From the sequence record PV683293.1: a stretch of DNA of 24,000 nt; one strand, given 5' to 3'. The translations under genes and the position numbers were made by a program. The notes below the pieces were generated by a model. The model saw only the letters and a program-made list of their open reading frames with translations. It was not told the DNA's origin and ran no database searches. This document shows, piece by piece, positions 15,982 to 22,496 of the stretch (its first letter is position 1; each line of letters starts with the position of its first letter). The stretch is from Klebsiella phage HMGUkp5.

Positions 15982-16198
15982 ATTTATTCGCTTCTATGGC
16001 TCGAAGTTGCTTCTCAGCGTCTTCTTTGGAGTCATGTGTTCCCAAAACCTTTGTTTTGGTATGATCCAACACAACCCAATGGTCACCACGTTTTTCAACA
16101 AACTCAACAATTTCTTTGTTGTCAGTCGCAAGACCATCCCATTCAGTTAAGAACTCACCGAACGTTTTCATCATACTCACCAATCGTTTATTGAACAA
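15980..16198 (-). CDS. small hypothetical protein, up to 72 aa
   Basis: MMKTFGEFLTEWDGLATDNKEIVEFVEKRGDHWVVLDHTKTKVLGTHDSKEDAEKQLRAIEANK; protein-like composition; stop overlaps tRNA-Ser 5' end by 2 nt. Confidence 0.65.
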   Translation of the reverse strand: MFNKRLVSMMKTFGEFLTEWDGLATDNKEIVEFVEKRGDHWVVLDHTKTKVLGTHDSKEDAEKQLRAIEANK

Positions 16199-16291
16199 CT
16201 GGTTTATTTAGGTGCTCCCGAGGCGGTATTTTAATCCCGCGATCCCATCTCGCCTGCCGTAGACCAGAGCTTGTTGGCAGTCCAACAAATT

Positions 16292-16392
16292 TGGCGGGGT
16301 CTGAGGATTTTCACCTCACCTGCTGGATTGGCCTCCAGCCGTTCTCTCTGGGGACTCGCCGTCCGGACAGCTATCCCTTAAACTATCGCCCC
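16292..16392 (-). ncRNA. CCA-ended structured RNA, ~101 nt, with T-arm-like and variable-arm-like hairpins but no normal cloverleaf
   Basis: TGAGG-TGAAAAT-CCTCA hairpin then GACCCCGCCA; GCTGGA-GGCCAA-TCCAGC hairpin; 5' GGGG pairs with CCCC; starts 6 nt after tRNA-Met CCA. Confidence 0.5.
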
Positions 16393-16398
16393 TTAATA

Positions 16399-16474
16399 TG
16401 GTGATCCTGATTGGTTTTGAACCAATGACCAATCGATTATGAGTCGACTGCTCTAACCACTGAGCTACAGGACC
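16399..16474 (-). tRNA. tRNA-Met(CAT), elongator-like (or Ile2)
   Basis: GGTCCTG...CAGGATC-A-CCA, anticodon loop CTCATAA, T-arm TTGG-TTCAAAA-CCAA. Confidence 0.93.
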
Positions 16475-16486
16475 AAAATCTTTTAA

Positions 16487-16597
16487 TTCATATTGTCGTG
16501 GACAATACCAAGACAGAGGGTTGGAATCTCTTGTCCTATAGCGACCCATAAACCGTTTGATCAGTCCGGCCTAAAGGATTACCCACGACAATATGAA
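16487..16597 (-). ncRNA. structured RNA closed by perfect 15-bp inverted repeat
   Basis: TTCATATTGTCGTGG / CCACGACAATATGAA flanking 81 nt. Confidence 0.55.
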
Positions 16598-16996
16598 CTG
16601 TTTACTCTTTGGTCTGGGGGAGGATTTACCTCCCCCATTCCTCCCGGTTTGGGCAGCGATCTCTCACTCAACCAGGGCGCCGGCAAATTTTAGATCAATT
16701 CTACAGGTTTGTAACCGCGCTGTCGCCAAGTCATGTTGCTTCTCCTATCATTATTTGACCGCACTTATGGCGGGCCGGGTTGTAATAGTTGAGTTGTGAT
16801 CAACCAAGGGCTGCTAGACCTTTTATCCCGTTTGCGCATGATCAGTTCATGCGAGTCTTATCAAGCACCTTACGGCAACTCTTCTGGATGTCATCGCCCT
16901 GCTGCCAGGCTCATCCCAGGAGTTTATTTTTCCAGGGCTTTCCACTTACAAGTCTTAACCAGACCGGGATACGGGCTTGTAAGATCGGGTTGGACA

Positions 16997-17069
16997 CAAC
17001 TTTGAGGACACTGACGACGTCTACTAGTCACCCATAACTGATATTCGGATGCCAGTATCCTCAAAGTTG
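16997..17069 (-). ncRNA. structured RNA, 73 nt, 17-bp terminal helix
   Basis: CAACTTTGAGGATACTG / CAGTGTCCTCAAAGTTG with one G-U. Confidence 0.55.
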
Positions 17070-17655
17070 CAACCAATGTCGCAACTCGCACCTGAGTGAA
17101 AGTCAGGCACTTGTCTATTCGCTAGACCAAGCTGTTTGGTGTCGGGTGCCTCCCGATGACCTTACCACGGAAAATAAGGCCGGGTGTGATGAAACCATCA
17201 GACTCAAGGAGATGAGACTATTCCGTTCCCTCTTGCGCTTAGCAGAATTCACCAAACATAGCAGCATCTATACAGAAGCAACTTGTCCTCTAACGCTCGG
17301 ACCAAACGAGGCTGGCTGGTTGATTCAGAGCCGCTGGTTGCTCCAGCAAGCATGGGTTGATAGCCCGGCAACATAGAATCACCCAAAGATGAAGAACACT
17401 CAGTGGTACAAGCCAGGGATACCAATTTTCAGGTCCTTTGCGAGTTCTTTAATGCTCTTCATTTTGTGAACTTGAGAATACTACGCCTGTCTCGGGTTTC
17501 CCCTTAGTTCGGCCTCCCAGTCCTCGCCGCGCCGGGTAGCTAACCCTGATGGCTCGTCTGCTACTGAGTTCTTCTTGGTGCCCACCAGTGTCCGGAATGT
17601 GTAGGCATCGCAATCTGCAAGGCGTGGTCTTTTTCACCCAACGCTCTCTCAAGTT

Positions 17656-17782
17656 CACAAATCGAAGTGCCCTGACTCAACAGTTGTGGCCCAACATATT
17701 GTTATCATCTACCGGGCTGGCCGTCCACTTTGTAGATCAACCTTTGGGTTTAAGATAAATTGTCAAGGCACTTCGATTTGTG
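17656..17782 (-). ncRNA. structured RNA, ~127 nt, 21-bp terminal helix
   Basis: CACAAATCGAAGTGCCTTGAC / GTCAGGGCACTTCGATTTGTG with one G-U; internal AACC-CAAA-GGTT and ATCTAC/GTAGAT. Confidence 0.6.
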
Positions 17783-17970
17783 TGGATGTCATGCAAGACC
17801 GGGTGTCTGCCAGATCACCAGACATTGTGTTCAGTTTTGAACAGAGGCTGTAGGGTTATGAACCGCAACATGTCTTCAAACCTTGCACAATGAAATGTCA
17901 TCTCAGTCCTGAATCACGTTCACGGTGGTGAGCCATTACAAGTGAGAACCGATTTGCATTTACCTTGCAT

Positions 17971-18104
17971 TCCATCTTTGAGAGCATTCAGTGTACAACA
18001 GGCTCCGATATTGACTAGCGCTATTCCGGCGTCGGATTTAAGTTGCCTTTCCCCTGAAGTTCCATGCAGTTTCGCGTCTGACGCGGAATGCCCTCAAAGA
18101 TGGA
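17971..18104 (-). ncRNA. structured RNA, ~134 nt, 19-bp terminal helix
   Basis: TCCATCTTTGAGGGCATTC / GAATGCTCTCAAAGATGGA with one G-U; internal CGCGT-CAG-ACGCG. Confidence 0.6.
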
Positions 18105-18306
18105 GCCGTTTTAGTCGGCGGGAGCTTATTAATCACACCCTCCCGCCTATTGTTAGTGCGCCGAATTTTGTTATGAGGAATCGGAAGACCTCACTGACTT
18201 ATAGGCTATTACGCCGCCATCAGAACTTCGGAATCATTAGCAGTTATTTGCTTGGTCAGTTTCTAAAAACCCGCAAAGTCACGCACAACGAAAACGAAAA
18301 CCACGG

Positions 18307-18777
18307 TTACAACATGTCGTAGATTTTTCGTGCTTCTTCTAAGGTCTTGAATCCGCTACGAGTGACACGGACATTATTCCTCTGCTTCTGCACGTAGTAT
18401 GTTCCCGTCTTATTATCGAAGGACACACCCTTACAACCAGTGCTCGAATTCTTATTGGTTGACCTGTTCTGAGCATTCTCAGTGACGGTTCCAATTCTCA
18501 AGTTTGACCACTTGTTGTTCAACCTGTTTCGGTCGATGTGGTCTATCACTTCTTCCGGATACTCCGGCCAGTGACCAGTAATATAATACCAAACAACTTT
18601 ATGAACAAGTCTGGGTTTACCTGCCAACCCAACGACAAGATAACCATCGTTGGAGACACTACCTGCTTTCTGACCAGGTTGACATCTTCGCGAACGAGGA
18701 TTCTTCCAAGTCAATTCGCCAGTATCCGGATCATAATCAAACCAGTGACGAACCTGTTCACAACTAAAATCTTTCAT
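18307..18777 (-). CDS. HNH homing endonuclease with AP2-like DNA-binding domain
   Basis: VSNDGYLVVGLAGKPRLVHKVVWYYITGHWPEYPEEVIDHIDRNRLNNKWSNLRIGTVTENAQNR (HNH) plus TGCKGVSFDNKTGTYYVQ (AP2). Start refined to ATG 18777 with AGGAG SD. Confidence 0.9.
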   Translation of the reverse strand: MKDFSCEQVRHWFDYDPDTGELTWKNPRSRRCQPGQKAGSVSNDGYLVVGLAGKPRLVHKVVWYYITGHWPEYPEEVIDHIDRNRLNNKWSNLRIGTVTENAQNRSTNKNSSTGCKGVSFDNKTGTYYVQKQRNNVRVTRSGFKTLEEARKIYDML

Positions 18778-18981
18778 ATTTGCACTCCTGATATATTGGA
18801 ATGCAAACGACAACGCTTCAAAGTTTTCCCAGTTATAATCCCGGAGAACGAAAACCTGTTTGAGCACAAGACACCATGTCCTGGGTTCACATCGAAGTGT
18901 TTGTCTAATGCCCAAACAGCTTTTCGCTTCAGTAGGTTAACTATACTTTATTAACCCTTATTGACAAAACTTTAAATTATT

Positions 18982-19126
18982 TTGCGGTGGTCGGAATCGA
19001 ACCGACAGCTGGTTGAGCGCAGAGTCTTAGGAGAAGGTGCTAACCCGACCATCACCAGCAAGCGTCGCACGGGACGCCTATCCTCGTCTGCCTATGTTCG
19101 CACACCATTCCTGTGCGTTCACCGCA
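18982..19126 (-). ncRNA. second long tRNA-like RNA (~145 nt), perfect 7-bp acceptor and canonical T-arm
   Basis: TGCGGTG / CACCGCA; T-arm GTCGG-TTCGATT-CCGAC directly before 3' acceptor; CGCACA-GGAATGG-TGTGCG hairpin 2 nt after 5' acceptor; no encoded CCA. Confidence 0.65.
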
Positions 19127-19280
19127 ATCTAATTTACCGGAACTTACGCATCCGGCCTCGTCCTGTTGGCGCTCCTAGAATCCGGGAAGACAGTAGGAAC
19201 AATTATGTTACCAACAGGAAACCTTTGTGTTGCCCTTTGACGCAACATTATGAACCCTCTTTAGAAGACTCATAATGTTG

Positions 19281-19388
19281 TCGGTGTGATGAGGATTACC
19301 AGCCCTCGACCTTCCCATCGTGCGGTGTCGACTCGCCGCCGGGATGCTCTCGTCTCCGCTTTGCGGGTACTTTCTGAGCTAATCACAC
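19281..19388 (-). ncRNA. tRNA-like RNA with TAGCTCAG motif, ~108 nt
   Basis: Perfect acceptor GTGTGAT / ATCACAC, positions 8-15 read TAGCTCAG, D-stem-like GCTC/GAGC enclosing CCGC-AAA-GCGG, GAGG/CCTC hairpin before the 3' acceptor. Confidence 0.5.
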
Positions 19389-19559
19389 TTTTAACAGGGA
19401 GTTTCGTTCTCCGACGGTCAGTGCGTCCACCAACACCAGCAGGGTTACTGCGCTGCCTCTATTCACACAAGCCCCTGAGACTAGGGGTTAACTGGTTTCG
19501 GGTTCAAGCCTACTCCCACTGTGCTGTTTCCCTTGAAATTTTATGATACTACAACACGG

Positions 19560-19733
19560 CTAATTTGAAAAGTCCTCTCCTCTTGAGCAACAGGACCCAA
19601 AATCCTGCGGCGAACCTCTGCTCAAAACCCGGTGCGCTATCGAAGGCGCTTTACCAGAGTAAACATCGGGTGTTCCCAGGAGAGTGAAGGCCATCCCGAT
19701 GATGAGGATAAGGAGTAACGCTATGATTGTCAT
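19560..19733 (-). CDS. small membrane protein, 57 aa (below track cutoff)
   Basis: MTIIALLLILIIGMAFTLLGTPDVYSGKAPSIAHRVLSRGSPQDFGSCCSRGEDFSN; GGGAGG upstream of ATG. Confidence 0.55.
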   Translation of the reverse strand: MTIIALLLILIIGMAFTLLGTPDVYSGKAPSIAHRVLSRGSPQDFGSCCSRGEDFSN

Positions 19734-19790
19734 ACTGTTCCCTCCCTTCCATGCAACTTACTTTACTGTAATTCTGTATTGAATAAAGCG

Positions 19791-20360
19791 TTATTTTACC
19801 ACAGAAAACTTCACAACCTTCTCTAGAATAAACACATATTCCTGAGCAGCTGCATTCGACATATAATGCGTAGACGGAATAGAATGTGAATTCGTTGTTT
19901 CGCCCAGATTAACACGGTCACACCAGCCATTGATGGCATTACCGTAGAAGCCGATGATCGCAACGAAGTAGATGCGCTGGCTTTCTGGTTCCAGAACATA
20001 GTTGATCGTGAACGCAGTGTCCGTGCGGACGGCTTCCAGTTTGATCCCGATACGACATTCCGGCATGTTGGGACGAACATATAAATGACGGAAGCGGTCG
20101 CGGCGGGCGGTGGAAGATTGTTCCAGTTCGTTGCGGAACTCACTCGTGACGTCGATGTTAAATGAAAAGGTGTTGTGTTTCATATCGGAACGAGCAAGGG
20201 AAACCGCATTGTCGATAACGCGACGGAAATTTACCCCTTTATTTGTCAGGAGTTTAACTTCCTCAGCAATTGTCGTCAAAGAAATTTTGGTGGCTTGTTG
20301 TCCTTCATATTTTTCTAATAAAGGAATGATGTGTTTCATAACTGCGGTGTTAATGTGCAT
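19791..20360 (-). CDS. hypothetical protein, ~189 aa
   Basis: ORF; AGAGGATC upstream of internal ATG 20360 supports this start over 20399. Confidence 0.75.
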   Translation of the reverse strand: MHINTAVMKHIIPLLEKYEGQQATKISLTTIAEEVKLLTNKGVNFRRVIDNAVSLARSDMKHNTFSFNIDVTSEFRNELEQSSTARRDRFRHLYVRPNMPECRIGIKLEAVRTDTAFTINYVLEPESQRIYFVAIIGFYGNAINGWCDRVNLGETTNSHSIPSTHYMSNAAAQEYVFILEKVVKFSVVK

Positions 20361-20714
20361 AATAAGATCCTCTTGTAGAATTGAAATAAACGCCATCATT
20401 ATAATAGAACGATTGTTATTGAATATTAATCTCTAAATTACAGGAGTGTTTTATTAATAGGCAGAAACTACTTTTCTAACACATCTCTAGACTGTATGCT
20501 AACGCTGTGCCCTTCGAGTTGTGAGTGTCAACGAACAACGAGAAGCAGCCTCCCTGGCTGTGGAAGGGTGCCAGCCCGCACAGGGCGGTCTTACGAGCGA
20601 AGCGAGTTGATTAATATATTTGATAATAACGCGCGCGAGAGCAAATCCCTTTCTCTGTCTTCAACAGCTAAATATCTCCAACACCATATTCAAACTTGTG
20701 TGACGGAGATCAAC

Positions 20715-22496
20715 ATGGCTACACAAACAGTTCCTTCACTCGACGTCAGGGCTTTCGAATACATTATCAAGCAGCGTATGAAAGCTGATCCGACCTTCAA
20801 GGATTATGACTTTGAAGGATCTGGTCTCAGTGCTGTCACCCGTCTGCTCGCCTCTGATGCGAATTCTATCGGCTTTATGCAGAATATGCTGAACGGAGAA
20901 AGTCACCTCCAATCAGCCCAACAACGTTCAAATGTTGGCTTGTCATCTGCATTCTTGTCGTACACTCCTGAGAACTATCAGGCGGCGTACATGTATGCAA
21001 ATGTTAAAGTCACCCCCTACGATGTGGCCACGGCACCAAGCGAAATCATCATGGATCGCAAGGTTATGTTTGTTGGGGCCAAAGATGGAAAATCTTACAA
21101 CTTCACCGTTGAAAAACCTGTGTCCACAACCCTGCGACCAGAAGGATATTATCTTTTTGAGAATGTGAAACTCATTCAGGGTGATTGGCTTTACAAAACG
21201 TATGATGTTGAAGGTAGCGCGATCAGTACATACAAGATCCCATCTACTAATGTAGATATCAATCATCTGGTTGTCAACGTGCAGGAATCTGAGACTTCTG
21301 ATGTGTCTTACACGTTTGATCGTTACAACAGTCCGTTTGATCTGAATCAATACGCTCGTCTTTATTTCGTGGAATTGGGACTTGATGGATTCTATACCTT
21401 TGAATTCGGGGATGGTTATATTTGTCGTCGTGTTGAAGATGGGAACGTCGTGTTCTTACAATATCTAGAGACTTCCGGCGCGGACGGCAACGATATCACT
21501 TCAGTTTCATCCGCGACTGCGATCGCTGGGAACAACCTGGTAGATATCGAACTCGTATCGGAAAGAAGTGCAGGCGGTACTGATCCAGAGTCCATAGAGG
21601 ATACCAAGCGTCTTGCCCCTCTGAGCTATCAGGCGGACGGCGCAGCAGTAGCCGAAACAGACTATGCCTACCTGACAGAGAAACTCTTCTCGAACGTTCT
21701 ACGGGCTAAAGGCTATGGTGGAGATACGCTCAATCCACCGGACCCTGGTTATGTTTACATCGCTGTAATCCCAACTGTGGGTGAAACACTTTCCGATGCC
21801 GAGAAATCCGATATTGTGTCTACTCTTGACAAATATAATGTCGGTTCTATAACTCCGAAGGTTGTGGATGCTGAAGTCACATATATCCAGGTCAACACCA
21901 CGATATTCTGGGACCCGACGGCAACAGCGTATGCTGAAGACGGGTTGAAAACTCTCGTCAAGAAAGGTGTTGTAACCTGGGGAACCAATAATCTCGACAA
22001 TTTTGATGAGCTGTTTGACAAAGAAGTTTTACAAAACGCCATAACAGATATGGAGCGTTCCATCGTTTCCAATATTACTTCTGTCGCGTACAAGCGTCAC
22101 TTCAAACCAGAATATGGTGTTCTTGACAGTTTTACATTTGATTTCGGTCGTTCCATCAAATCTGGTTCTGTTATTATCAACGGTTTCAAGCCGCTTCCAG
22201 CTGAAGTTGATTTCACTTATTACATCCGGGATGTAAATGGTGTTCTCAATATGTACAAGGTCAGCACTTCTGATACGACGAAGGAATATCTGGTGCAGGC
22301 TGTTGGTGTTGTTGATTACGCAAATGGCGTCGTTGAACTTCAGCAGATCACAGTTTCAAACTATGATGAAGGCGGCGCGGCTATTGTTGTATCCCCAGAA
22401 GGGTTGAATCAGAACATCCAGGTTGCGTCCAATCAGGTTCTTCGTATTGGTGATGTGACCGTAGACGCGGAGGTCCGCTATGTCCAAAGATCTTAA
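20715..22496 (+). CDS. baseplate wedge protein, T4 gp6-like, 593 aa
   Basis: DFEGSGLSAVTRLLASDANSIGFMQNMLNGESHLQSAQQRSNVGLSSAFLSYTP resembles gp6/J-family N-terminus; ATG 20715 preceded by GGAG. Confidence 0.75.
   Translation: MATQTVPSLDVRAFEYIIKQRMKADPTFKDYDFEGSGLSAVTRLLASDANSIGFMQNMLNGESHLQSAQQRSNVGLSSAFLSYTPENYQAAYMYANVKVTPYDVATAPSEIIMDRKVMFVGAKDGKSYNFTVEKPVSTTLRPEGYYLFENVKLIQGDWLYKTYDVEGSAISTYKIPSTNVDINHLVVNVQESETSDVSYTFDRYNSPFDLNQYARLYFVELGLDGFYTFEFGDGYICRRVEDGNVVFLQYLETSGADGNDITSVSSATAIAGNNLVDIELVSERSAGGTDPESIEDTKRLAPLSYQADGAAVAETDYAYLTEKLFSNVLRAKGYGGDTLNPPDPGYVYIAVIPTVGETLSDAEKSDIVSTLDKYNVGSITPKVVDAEVTYIQVNTTIFWDPTATAYAEDGLKTLVKKGVVTWGTNNLDNFDELFDKEVLQNAITDMERSIVSNITSVAYKRHFKPEYGVLDSFTFDFGRSIKSGSVIINGFKPLPAEVDFTYYIRDVNGVLNMYKVSTSDTTKEYLVQAVGVVDYANGVVELQQITVSNYDEGGAAIVVSPEGLNQNIQVASNQVLRIGDVTVDAEVRYVQRS

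Noticed and set aside
16316-16549. Minus-strand ORF (77 aa) with GPVAQWLEQSTHNRLVIGSKPIRI
   Set aside because: Translation through tRNA-Met; spurious tRNA-derived ORF
17942-18954. Plus-strand ORFs 17942..18322 and 18538..18954
   Set aside because: Opposite to the long-helix RNA and to the clear HNH/AP2 gene; no supporting motifs
19441-19520. Possible tRNA on the plus strand around GGGTTCAAGCC
   Set aside because: TTCAAGC is not flanked by complementary 5-nt stems and no acceptor stem can be found
16199-19560. A group I or group II intron containing the HNH gene
   Set aside because: I looked for P3-P7-like core sequences and for interrupted exons and found none convincing; not excluded without an Infernal search
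14940-19560. CRISPR array
   Set aside because: Repeated units do not share a direct repeat; spacings and stems are all different
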